DNA of 64,000 bases from a virus, in IMG/VR virus record IMGVR_UViG_3300045988_083295, positions 1 through 64,000 of that record; one strand, 5' to 3'. A model generated the notes under the pieces. It was given only the letters and a program-made list of their open reading frames with translations, did not search any database and had not been told where the DNA came from. Made by a program: the position numbers and the translations under genes. Position 1 is the first letter of the stretch; each line of letters starts with the position of its first letter. Below are positions 1 to 13,000 of this stretch, in pieces.

Positions 1-90
1 CAGGTGGCACAGCCAGCGCAACAGCCTACTCAGGTGGCACAGCCAGCGCAACAGCAGACCCCTACGGCACAGCCAGCGCAACAACCGCAA
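1..90 (+). repeat. Imperfect tandem coding repeats of about 30 bp (GTGGCACAGCCAGCGCAACAG core).
   Basis: Core 21-mer at 4-24 and 34-54, a shorter copy at 67-83 and a related copy near 157. Encodes VAQPAQQ-type repeats. Confidence 0.7.
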
Positions 91-1074
91 CAGTGGCTCT
101 CTCCATTGGAGCCTACTCAGCCTACTCAGCAAGAGGTCGCTCCTGCTCAGTCTACACAGGTGGCACAACCAGCGGAAGCCCCCAAACGTCGCACGACCTA
201 CGAGGATATTATCCGTCAGATATATCCAGAGATGGACGAGAAAAAGCGAAAAGAAGAAGAGGAGAGGATCAAACGGAAGAAGAAGCGTGATAGCACCATT
301 GCTGCTATTGGGGATGCCCTGACAGCCATGGCCAACATTGCGGCCACGACTAGATATGCCTCTCCTGCTGACGTGACCACCAACAACATGAGCAAGAAGG
401 TTAAGGAGAGATATGACAAGATTAAGGCGGATCGCGACAAGAACTATGAGGCTTATCGTCAGATGATTGCGCGTGCCCAGCAACTGGATGCTCAGCAATA
501 CGAGAATGACGTTGAACAATATAATAAGGCTAGCGAGAAGGCTAATGACGATGCTTGGAAGAGATACATGGACGTGTCTAACTACGAACAGCGAGAACGC
601 GCGAACAATAACAACTACAATTATCACACGGCCGAGCTTGAGCAGAAGGATAGGCAGTTCAAGGAGCGTATGAAGCAAGACTTTAAGATTGCCAAAATGA
701 AAGCAGACGCAACAAGGTACGCTGCTGACCGCAGATCTAGCGGTAGCGGTGGGGATCAAGTTGTAGAAGGATATCCATTACCCGACCCCAAAACGCATAA
801 GGACGTATATTTCAAGAACAAGGACGTATGGGAAGCTAAATACGCAGAGTGGTACCCAGACGATTCGCCAGAAGGGACTAGCTATGTATCCACTCGTACT
901 GACGACAAGGGGCATGTGACCACGACAAAAGGTACAAGGACTGGCGGATATACTCCTGGTCAGATTGGCCGAAGAGTAGCTAAGGAGAAGGAGAAGTGGG
1001 CCTCGGCTGCAAAAGCGAAGCAGCAAGGCAAGAAGGGTAACTTAATGAAAGGCAAAAACTACGGAAGCAAATAA
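1..1074 (+). CDS. Hypothetical virion-associated protein, 5'-truncated by the window edge. Q/P-rich repeat N-terminus and K/E-rich helical middle.
   Basis: Open frame from nt 1 to TAA at 1072-1074. It lies directly upstream of the giant ORF on the same strand. No recognisable catalytic motif. Confidence 0.6.
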   Translation, partial: QVAQPAQQPTQVAQPAQQQTPTAQPAQQPQQWLSPLEPTQPTQQEVAPAQSTQVAQPAEAPKRRTTYEDIIRQIYPEMDEKKRKEEEERIKRKKKRDSTIAAIGDALTAMANIAATTRYASPADVTTNNMSKKVKERYDKIKADRDKNYEAYRQMIARAQQLDAQQYENDVEQYNKASEKANDDAWKRYMDVSNYEQRERANNNNYNYHTAELEQKDRQFKERMKQDFKIAKMKADATRYAADRRSSGSGGDQVVEGYPLPDPKTHKDVYFKNKDVWEAKYAEWYPDDSPEGTSYVSTRTDDKGHVTTTKGTRTGGYTPGQIGRRVAKEKEKWASAAKAKQQGKKGNLMKGKNYGSK

Positions 1075-1086
1075 CACACACAGCAT

Positions 1087-4000
1087 ATGCCAATAGACAA
1101 CAAAAAACTGAAAAATCTCTATGACGCAATGCGTCAAGAGGGATACGACCAGTCTTACGATGAGTTTCGGGGTGCATTCCTTGGCAATAACAACTACGCC
1201 AATCGTAAGGATATCTACGATACGATGTCAAGCGGTGGCTATAACCTTGGCAAGACTTATGCGGAGTTCATGACGAGCATGCGGGTTGCTCCTAAACAAG
1301 CTAATAATAGAGCTTCGGCTCAGGCGGCTGCGGCCAAGAGCGCACCAACCCAACCCACCAAAGGTGGCTGGAGACCTAACGCGGAACAGATGGCTGGATA
1401 TCAGAAATTCACCGATGGCGTGCTTCGCACAGTCAAAAATGGTGACGATGTGATGAATCGGGTTAATAGGCAAGTTGCCAGAGCTACACGCCCCAATCAG
1501 CAGAAGGTTAATCTTGGCTTCAACAACAAGCATAGTCTGTTGGGTGGTGGTAGTCAGGTTCAGCATGAAGGCAAGAAGTTCGATGCAGCCAAAGGTGACT
1601 TCGTTGACCAATATTCAACGGAGGCCGGTAACGTGTATGACAACACGTATGAAGCCGATGCCGAACAGTACAATATCAACCGCAACAAGAGGGATGCGGA
1701 TACTCTTGATATGGTGGCCGACATAGAGAGACAGATTCGCGAGCAGGAGGAATTGCTGGAGAAGACAAGGAAGGCCTCTCGCGATGTCAAAGCACCAGAC
1801 AATCTGTGGGATGCGCTCCGTTACACCATGTCTCATGCTGATGGTTCCCGTCTTGATCAAGAAGATATTGACGAGGAAGCCATTAAGGCCAATATCACAA
1901 ACCTCCAGAATAGGCGATCGCTCCTGCTACATGGTACTTCAATAGGTCAGAAGGTAGGCAAGTCCATTGGCGACCAACTTGCAGAGGTCAATAAGATGAT
2001 CAACGCGAATCTTGATGATTATTACAAGAATCATCCTGACGGTGGTCCTAAAATTCATGACCTTGAATATAACGAGATTTGGTCCATTCCTTCCAATCCT
2101 TATCTGGATGTGGCTAAGAGGTCTCTTGAGGATGCCCAAGAGATGTTCAATGAGGCTGGAAAGTCTGTAGGCGAGAGTGGATTGACGGGGTTCGGTAAAG
2201 GAGTAATAAGAGGCTTCGGCAGTAAGTTGTTCGACGCACGTACATGGGACATGGGCTACACCGACCTGAAGGGAGGGCTGTCTCTTGCAGAGGTCTTAAA
2301 AAAGGCCGATGAAGGCAAACCACTTACGGTTGAACAGCAGAAGATGCTCGATGCCAAGGCTACGGAATTGGCATGTGCGGCCTACTTCAGTGGGGCGTTA
2401 GGGCGTGGATATAAGGCAGGACAAGTGACGGCTGAATCTATTCCCTTCATGCTTGAATTTATGCTCAATCCGCTGTCGGGCACTGGCAGATCAGCGCAAG
2501 CCATGCTGACGAGATATGCCCTTAAGCGATTCGGTCGTAAGGCCACCATGGAGCTGGGTGAAGATGCGGCCAAGAAGATTCTCTATGGCGATATCAGGCA
2601 GCTCACCAAATCTGTCTTCGACAAGGGTCTTAGCAAGGGTGCAAGAAGGCTTGCAGCGAAGACTCTTGCAGGCAAGGCGAGTGCTCGCATTGCAGGTGAT
2701 ATAACTGGTGCCGCTGGCATGACGTTCACCACTGGGCAAGGCCGTGTGGCTGCCGATATGCTCAACCGCGCGACTGGCCAAGTGAAGTTTGGCGTAGACA
2801 CAGACGGCAAAGTAAAATATACAGGTCACGATGCTCCTGAAGAGAGTAGCCTTCTTACGGCTTACGGTAAGGCGTTCGGTTCGCAATTCAGTGAGAATTA
2901 CTCGGAGTTCATGGGTCCCTATATCTCCTATGTTGGAGGCATGTTCGCCAATGGCCTGAAGAAGATAGGAGGAAAGTACTTGTTCGATGGTCTTTCTTCC
3001 TTGCGCAATCGCTCTGCGGCAGCGGTTATGAAGCTTCCGTTCGCCCCTATGGTGTCTGACTTCATTCGTGAAGCAACCAAGTCTGATTGGGCGAAGGTTA
3101 TAAAGGGCATGCAGAAGCGTGCCCACTGGGACGGCACAGCAGAGGAATATCTTGAGGAGGTTGCTGGCAATATGCTTAATGCCATCCTCGTAGGGGACAA
3201 CGATTTTTCAACCGAGGAGGGACGTGGTGTGTTCAACCTGAGCGATAACATTGATACCTTCCTTGGTGTCGGCCTGATGTCGGGTGCGATGTCGGTTTCC
3301 TCTGCGGCTGGCTATCGCACACCGGCCTATCGTGCTCGCAAGATGGTTGAGAATGCTGATGCTAGGGGTGAGAAACTTATGGGCGGCAGTCTGTGGGGGA
3401 AGTTCAGATCTTCCTTCGATGCGGCTCAGAGCGAGCAGGACAAGCAGGTGATTCTTACTTCATTGCTTCAGAATAGTAGCCTTACAAACGAAGGGCGTAG
3501 GGCTGCGCTGCAATATGCAATCGGTAAACAATTCCAGCAAGCTGTGGCTGACGGCACCTTCCGCGAGATGGAGGAAGATGCTGAGAAGGGCAATGAAGTT
3601 GAGCGTGCTTGCCGTGCCGAATATGCAGAAGGGCAGAATATTGATTCTGTGGAGGAGATGCGTGATGCCAAGACGAGGTATAACGTGTTGCTCCGTGAAG
3701 CTCTTGCCGTTGAACCTAACGCTGAGATATATTCTGACCCTCAGTTTTACGAGCAGTCCAATCCGAATGCTACGCCTGAACAGAAGGCCGCTATGCGTGC
3801 TTATGCTGAAGCCAAGGCTCAATATGAGGGTGTGGCCGACCGAATGAAGACGGACATGGCCGATCAACAGCAGAAGGCCAACGAGCAGGTCGATAGGTTC
3901 AAGAATCAGACTGACGGATTGATCACTAGGGTCAGATTGAGGGGCAGCGATGCGGAGTTCTACGTGACCAGCGGCCACATATCCCTGAACAATGACGGAA

Positions 4001-7000
4001 CGATAAATGATGCAGCCACTAGCAGTAACCTTACTATCGTTGATGGTGAGGGAAATGAGCGATTCATCTCACGTGGTGATGTCGTTGATGTGCTCGCGCA
4101 GAACACCCCGGAGGAGACCCTTGAGCAGCTTAACGATATTATCATGAATGAAGCCAAGGCGAAGGCCGATCTCATTGACGGCAAATTGTCCTTCCGTGCT
4201 GGCGATACGTTTACCATCCTCAACAACGAAGGTCAGGAACAGAAGGTGACCATTGCGCAAGACCCGTCAACGATGGCCATGTCTGCCGTCATTGAGGGTG
4301 AGCAAGCCGCTGTACCTCTTACGGAGGATTCCATGGCCAAGTTGCAGCAGATGTCTGATGCTTATCAGGAGTCTCGATTCGGCAAGTATAGGCAAGAACA
4401 GCTGGATGCTGTTGCCAATGCTGAGAACGAGGCCACGCAAGAGGGTACTGCTCCTGCTTCACCTACTGCCGCACAAGAGGAGACCGGTGAGCCTACCGAA
4501 GCCCGTTCATATGGCTATGGAGAGAGCGTAAGCTACGTGGATGGCGAAGGCCATACGCAGGAGGGTGTTGTCCATGGGAAGACTCCTGAAGGAACGTATG
4601 AGGTTGAGTTCGACAATCCTCCTTCAGGCAAGAATGTCGTGGATGAATATACGCAAGAGGAACTTGATGCACTTGTCCAGCCTATTCCTGCCGGACAAAC
4701 GGAAGAGGCAATCCCCGAGCCTACCGCATTGGAGCGTGTACCCATCAACGAGGAGACCGGTGAACCTATGTTCGAGAAGGCTGACAGCGAGACTGCCCTT
4801 GATGCCCTCAATGAAGTTACCGGAGGAAACGAAGACAATACTACCGCCATCGTGAGAGCGCAAGTGGAACAGGCGACCAAGGCGCTTGAAGCGTTGAAGA
4901 AGAAGAAACCCAGCAAGAAAGCTCCTTCGCTGAAGGGTTCTCCACTGGCGATGGTAAAGGCGCAGCAGGAAGCAGAGGCCAACTACAACACTGCGATGGA
5001 AGAGTATAACGCCCAAGTAGCCGCTGCAGAAGAGAATTTGAACGCTTGGTCGCGTATCAACTCCCTTATGAATGACAGAAAGCGTGCTATCCGTGAGCAG
5101 CAGGAGGCAGAGCGCAAGGCTCGCGAGGAAGAGCTACATGCCGAAGCCGTTGCACGCCTGGAGGAAGACAAGCGCATTGCCGCTGAGAAGGCAGCCGAGC
5201 AGGAAGCAGTAGGAACCCATGCCGTGAACCCGAAGATAAAGGCCAAGTGGGACGGAGCTACCAAGGTTGAGGGCAATCCTAACGCTATCACCCTTGCAGA
5301 CGGTTCTACAATCCGTGGTCACTACGTCCTCACTGAGGCAGGAGCAGCCACCGCCAGCCATGACGTGAACAACGCTTACGAGCCTACTGAAGGTTTCCCT
5401 GTCGACGAGAATGGTGAGAGCGTGAATGACCGCGACTACAAGCGTGACAGAGATGCGCAGCGCATTGTCAGGGATATGGCAGACAGCTACGACGGCAGAG
5501 CGTTGCAGTCTCCGGTCATTGTCAGCAAGGACGGTGTTGTGCTTTCGGGCAATAACCGCACCATGTCGGGCGAGATTGCAGCAAGGCAAGGTACAGACAA
5601 GGCGTATGTGGCCCACTTGCGCGAGTTTGGGGCCATGTTCGGTTTCACTCCCGAGCAGATTGACGGTATGCAGCATCCGCGCGTAGTCTTCGTTCCTGAT
5701 GAGGAACTGCCATACGATGCCAATACGTTTGCACGCTTCAATGCCGAACAGCAGAAGAAGCAGAGCAAGCCGGAGCATGCCGTGAAACTTGGCAAGATTG
5801 TTCCTGACAATGTGTTCACAAGCATTGTGGGTGACATCAGCCGCTTTGATCGCATGTCGGACTACTATGCCGACGGCAAGGCCGCAGCTTCAGCCATTAG
5901 CCAGTTGTTGGATGCTGGTGTTATCAATGAGATGCAGTTGCCGGAGCTTCGCACTGGCAATGCTTTGTCAGCTGCCGGCAAGGAACTTATCGAGAATACG
6001 CTTATAGGCAAGGTCTTCCAGACTTCGCCAGATGCCGTGCGTCAGATAATCAGCACACCGACATTGCGTCAGTCAGTAGTAATGGGCTTGAACGAGATTG
6101 CGAATAACCGCACGCTCGCCAAGAGCGGCTACGACCTCAGCAAGGAGTTGGCAGCAGCCGTTGACCTTGTGAGCCGTGCCAAGGCAGAGGCTCCGGAAAT
6201 CTATAAGGAAGGCATGCCTGTATCGCCTTACGGCAGACAGCAGGGGCTGTTTGATGACGAATACGGAGATAGCCGTGTGACCGATGGCGTGACGTTGCTC
6301 CTTGCGGACCTGCTTAACAGCGGAAAACCGAGCGACCTGCGCAAGGTTCTCTCAACATACAATCACGAGGCAGCATCCCCTGCCGCAGGTCTGATGGACA
6401 TGTTCAGCGGAGACGTGCCCTCTAAGGAAGACGTATTGAATAACGTATTAAATCATTTCAGGAATGCAACACCAAAAGAACAACAAGCAATCGTTGATGC
6501 AGCCATTGCAGAACGAAAGCGTAGAGCCGAAGCAGCAGAGCCAGGAGGAGGAAGCCAAGGAGGTGAACAAACTGAGAATGCTGTTAGGGGCAGTGAAGAA
6601 ACATCAGCCGAGAACCTTGGAGGAAATCAGGCAGATGGTATTCAGGAAAAACTAACGGAAGAAGAGGCCGATGCAATGCTTGACAGAATGAAAAGCATCG
6701 CTGACCCTATGCCTGAGGTTGAACTAACTCCTGAGAACTGGATGAATACCTTTGGGTTGAGTAATAAGATAGACACGCCTATTGGAGAAGTAAAAATGGG
6801 AGAATCACAATATGCCAAGCTGATGGAGAAGAAACGCTCCAAGGAATTTGGTATGGTTGTTGGTACCATTACAGATCCTGATGTTGTGTTTATAGAGCCA
6901 AGTTCAGCAAAAGACGGACAGGTTACAGAGCGAGCTTATTCTTACGTATTTGTAAAGACATTCAAAAAGGAAGATGAGAACGTAAGATATTACTCTTCTG

Positions 7001-10000
7001 TAACGGTGTCTATTGACGGTATGGAAATATCTGTAAGCAGCCATTATATAAACAGCAATAAGGCCAAAAAAAAATTGCTGGAGTTGAACCGCAGATATAC
7101 AAAAACTGCATTAATCTCCAACAGCTCTGATGGGCGCTTAGCTGAACAGCAGGATGCTGTGCCGGACCTCCTTCCTACGCAAGAGAATAATGCAGTTTCT
7201 GACCTTCCTTTTCCTAAGGATGGTGTTTCTGTAGGCGAAGATACAGCAAATTCTACAGAGTTGCAAGGAAATGGTAAGGAAAGTTCGCATAAAGGTTTTG
7301 TACCCGATGAAAAGGTAATAGAAGAAAACGTGCAAAGGTCTGAAAGAGCGTTAGGATTACCAAGTTCTGTTAAACGTGAAAAGACAGAAGTAAAGGTTTC
7401 AGACAATGGTAAGGTGATGGTCATTAAGACTGACTATTCTGCAAACGGAAGCAAAGCAAGTGTGATAACCTTGTTAGCTGAAAATGATGGACAATTGGAT
7501 TGGGCAGCTCAATCATTTGTTGATGGCAAACCTACTTCGGAATTAAAGTATGATTATACGTTGTCGTATGACGATATGATGGAGATGTTTGACGATAATG
7601 ATGCTATACGTCAAGACATTAATCCATTGAAACAGATAGCCCGAAATGCAGGCATAGACATTGATGCCTTACTCAATGGAAAGGAACATGGAACAAAAGT
7701 TTCAATAGAAGCGAGCAGAGAGAAAACTTCTGAAAACGAAGGTGAAAAAACCCTTTCAGCCCAGATTGAAGATGCTTCAGCCGATGTGAACACCGAACCC
7801 ACCGAGGCACAGAAGGAAGCTGGCAACTACAAGAAGGGGCATGTGCATGTCGGTTCGTTCGACATTACCATTGAACAGCCGCAAGGAAGTGTGCGCAAAG
7901 GCACGGATGCCAATGGCAAGCAATGGGAAAGCAAGATGCACAACACCTATGGATACTTCCGAGGTACAGAAGGCGTGGATGGAGATCACATTGATGTGTT
8001 CCTCTCCAATGACATTGACGGTTGGAACAGACAAACAGTGTTTGTTGTTGACCAGTACAACCCTGATGGCAGCTTTGACGAGCACAAGGTTATGCTTGGC
8101 TTCAATAATGCAGAAGAGGCCAAGAGGGATTATCTTGCCAACTATGAGAAGGGCTGGGAAAATGGCCGTAGGATTGACGTGTCCGCTGTGAACCTTGCAG
8201 ATTTCGAGAAGTGGATAGCGAGCAGCCACCGCAAGACCAAGCCATTCAGTGAATATTCATCGGTGAAGAAGGAAGGCTCTTCCTCATCAGAAACCAAGCA
8301 GTCAAAGTCCACTGCTGAGGAGAAGCCTTTCAACGCGGTCATTGAGATGCTCCGCAAGAAATTCCCTGATGCCAGCATGGAAGCACTCACGGCTGCTGAC
8401 AGGCTTTTGCGTGAACAGGCATTGCCCGGTGAGCGACAGAAGGCCATTGAGGCTGTAGCGAAGGCTCTTGGCCTCAAGGTCGAATGGCGCGACACGATGG
8501 AAAAGGAAAATGGTACGTTCAATCCGAAGACCCGCACCATCACCATTGCACGCGACTCCGAGCATGCCCTTGCCAACACGTTCGGGCATGAGGTGACGCA
8601 TGCCGTGCGCAAACTCTCTGAAGCCGACTACAAGAACCTGAAGGATGCCGTAAGAAGACTGTATCCCTCCGAGAAGGAATACAATGAGGCTGTGCAGGCT
8701 TATGGCGAAGTGTACACCGACTTGGACTTTGATGCTCTGGAAGAGGAACTTATTGCCGACAACATTGGTTTCATGATTGGAGGCAGGAACGACATGACGC
8801 AGGAACTTGCCTCACGCATGAACCATCGCGTTCTGTGGGCTATCCATGACGCAATGAATAAGGTGAGGAATGCCCTTGCGAAGGTTCTGCACATTGACTC
8901 CAAGAAGAACGGACTCTTGGAGGCTATTGATAGTGCCAGAGCTACTATCCGCGAAACGATGGCGAACGCCCAGCGTATTGCGAAGGAGAAGGGACAAGGA
9001 CTTTCAAACGAATCGGATTCCACAAAGCAGTCTCTTCGCACGCAGGACACCACCATACGCGATGCCCTTGTCGAGCGTATGCGCTTGTCGGGCATGGATG
9101 TGATCACTGATGAGACCGGACAGAGGGTGCTGGATATGGCGAATGGAAGGGATACGCGGTTTGAAGCAGCTCGCCACAAGAGCGAAGCAGCACGTAGACG
9201 TGACGAAATGCTCCGCGCAATAGACCAAGCTAAAGCTTTTATTTCAGGCAAGACTGAGCAGCAGACTCGAGCAGAACGCCGTGAAAGAGAGCGGAAATTC
9301 AGAGAAGAGACCAAAGTTTTGTATGACAGAGTTTTGGCAGGAAATTTTGATTCCGTAACTTTGCAGCTGTTAGACGATTTCATCAACAAAGTAACTCCTA
9401 ATAATTATTATGGAAGACCTCTTTCTAAACGACTTTCAGAGAGAACACTACGAAAAGTGTATGAAAGAGAACGAACGAGTAGCGTCGATGCACTTTTCAG
9501 CAGAATATCTGAGAGCGCAGTCCCAGCGGATGAACGAACTCGTCCAGAAGCAAAAAGAAGAATTGAGGAGAAAAAGAAAGAACTCCTCAAAGGCTGGGCA
9601 ATAGCCACTGGTAATTGGCACACAGCTGTATCTGATTTTACAGATGACACCAAGCCAATTGGCAGTGGTAAGGATTCTGTTGTATATCACAGCAAGGACG
9701 GCAAAAGCGTAATCAAGGTTTCCAAGGGAAAGGAAAGTGCAAGAAAATTCCGTCCCGACATGGACAATGTTGCTCTCTTCAACACTGTATTCCCTGCAAG
9801 CAAATACGAAATCATAGGCTATGGCGAAATTGACGGCAAGTTCGTTCGCTTTCTTCGTCAGCCAATTGTGGACTTCACCGACAGCACTCCGTTGTCGGTG
9901 GAGGAACGTGTTGCCTATATGGAACGCCTTGGCTTTAGGCCGATGAACGATGAAAAGACTGCTTTCACAAATGGAGAGATAGTTGCTTCGGATATCCAAG

Positions 10001-13000
10001 GCAATAATATAGTGAAAGATAGAGATGGGAATATCCGTGTGATTGATGCGGATATGCGTTTCCACACTAAAGAGTTTGGTGGAAAATATTCCTATCCAGC
10101 AGTTGAGACGGATACTGAAACAGCGCCTAACATTCGTGAGCAGCGCGTCTACCATGGTAATGGTGCTAATGATGTCCGTTTCTTCCGCACTGCAAATGGC
10201 AAGGCTTACGGCTTTACTGTTGGCGGCAAGATTTACATTGACCCAAGGATTGCGACAAGCGAGACCCCGGTGCATGAGTATGCCCATTTGTGGGCAACAG
10301 CCTTGAAGAGTGCGAATGCCAAGGAATGGCAGAACGTGGTAGGGCTGATGAAGGGCACGAAGGTTTGGGATGAGGTGAAGGCTCTTTATCCCGAATTGAA
10401 ATCAGATGACGAAATCGCTGATGAGGTGCTTGCCACTTATTCAGGCAGACGTGGTGCTGAACGCTTGCGTGAGGAGCAGCGTAGAATTGCCAAGGGAAAT
10501 GGCAGTGTGTTCGAGAAGGCTGAAGCTATCAGTGCTTTGGAACGCGTGAAGCAGGCTCTGAAGAGATTCTGGAAGGGCGTTGCTGATTTCCTGCATATTC
10601 ACTATACGAGTGCGGAAGAGGTTGCCGACCGCGTGATGAAGGATTTGCTGGATGGGGTTGATCCGCGTAAGTTTGGTGATGGTGGTAAGTCTCTTGATGC
10701 CTACAACAAAATTCGCAAGCATTTCATCGGTGAGCAGGGTGCGGAGCGTGCCGACCATGCTGAAGAGGTGACAACTCGCATTGACAACCTGAACGTTGCT
10801 CGCGAGATGGAAGATGCCAAGAAAGATGCCAAGGCTATCAAGATGGCTACCGGTTGGGAACGTGGTGCTGACGGCAAGTGGCGGTATGAGATACCCGACT
10901 TGAAGTATTTTGGCAAGGGTGATGCTGGTTACAAAAAGGCACGTGGAAAGCAACCTTGGAGCAAGGAACTTGATGGCTTGTCAGACAAGATATTTGATGG
11001 TGAAGAACTTTCGGAATCAGAATACCGACGTTTTGATGAACTTGCACAAAAGGAAGATGATTTCAAGACAGACTATCTGAATAGAGAAAAACCGCACCTT
11101 GCTGATTGGGTGGAGAATGACGAGTTGTTCAAGGCTTATCCCGACTTGAAGCGTGTGAATGTTGTGTTTACTGACCAACTGCCTACAAATGTGGGTGGCA
11201 GTTACAATGAGCGTGAGCATACTATTGTTGTCAATACGAATTATGTGGGAGACATAGATTCCGTATTGGCTCATGAGGTTCAGCATGCTATTCAGAAGAT
11301 TGAGGGTTTTGCGAGGGGCGGTAATCCAGAATCTATACAAGAACGGTTTAAGGCTGCTAAAAAGGAATGGCGTGCGCGTGCTTGGGCTGATGAATTGCGT
11401 TACAAGGCAGATGAAATGGGCGAACATTACAATCAAGCAGCAGTGGAAAAAGCCTTGATTGATGAGTATAAGGAGATGGGCATGGATGATGATGAATGGA
11501 TGCCTGACAAAGAAACTCGCATGAAGGGCTTTAATTACTTTGCAAGGGGTTATGCAGACAGAAGCATGGATGCTGATATTAAGAATTTCAGGTTGGCTGA
11601 ATCCACTCGTGCAGACTTTAATCCTTATATGGAATACACTAAACTTGGTGGTGAAGTAGAAAGCCGTAACGTTGAGAAGCGCATGAAAATGTCCCCAGAG
11701 GAGCGAAGAGCAAGTCTTGCCGCAGAGACAGAGGATGTTTCCAGGGAAGACCAGATATTCTTGTTTGGCGAGGACGGTACTAGCATGAAGACCTCATCTG
11801 ATTTGAACGAAATGTTTGGCAATCGTTGGCTTGACGAGCAGACGAACGATGATGGCCGTCATACCACTCAGGTGAAGAGCACCATCAACTCTTACAAGAA
11901 GTTTGGGGATTGGGTGAAGCGCGACTCCAATGGCCGTGACGTGGACGTGCTTGATGCGAGCAGTGGATTGGGGCTTGGTACGGCATGGATGAGGGACAAT
12001 GGGTTCAAGGTTGATGACGTTGAGCCGTTCCCATCAGACAGTCGTGAAGCACCTACGTTCAGCAGCTATGATGAGATAGACAAGAAGTATGACTATATCA
12101 TCAGCAATGCGGTTCTCAATGTGATCCCTGACGATTGGCGTGCCAATGTGCTTCATCAGATGGCCGACAAACTCAAGGATGGCGGCAAGCTGGTGATTAA
12201 TGTGCGTGGAGCGGAGGGTATCCGTAAACAAGGCATTGAGGGCAAGACTCGCACCACACTTGATGATGCTTCCGAGATTCTTGTCCATCGTCCTGACGGC
12301 AGCATTAAATCCTATCAGAAGGGCTTCACGAAGAGCGAACTGAAGGAATGGTGCGAAAAGGAATTGGGCGAAGGTTATTCGGTTGAAATAGCGAATAACA
12401 AGAATGCTGGCGGTAGCTATGACACTGCGGTTGTGGTGACTAAAAATAACGAAAGCGACATTGAGACTATCAATACGAAATTCAATGAGGAATTGCAGCA
12501 GCAGATAGACGGCACATTGCCAGAAGGTCACATCTATAAGATGGGCAAGCCTGGGCGCATATTGCTCTCTACTGGCGTACCAAATCTTCCCATACAGATG
12601 AATGCGAAAAGACTCCAAGTCAAGGCTACATTATTTGACCATGATTTTGACCTATCGGAAGTGAAAGATTTAGTGAGAGTCTTGCAGCACCCATTGGCAG
12701 TTTTTGCCTATGGTGACAAGTCGAAGGCGCAGAACATCATTGTTCCGCTGCAAAAAGATGGTAAGAACTTTATCGTTGGACTTTCACTCAATCCCACTGT
12801 TGGCGGTCGCAAGTTGGAAATAAACAGCATAAGAAACGTCTTTCCGAAAGACAATTCAGAATGGCTCAATTGGATAAATCAAGACAAGGCCTTGTATATA
12901 GACAAAGAAAAAATCCAAACCCTCATAGACCAACAGCGAACCAATCTCGCTGACGTGGCCTACTTGGATTTGGACTCTGTTGCAAATGTAATGGAAAATT

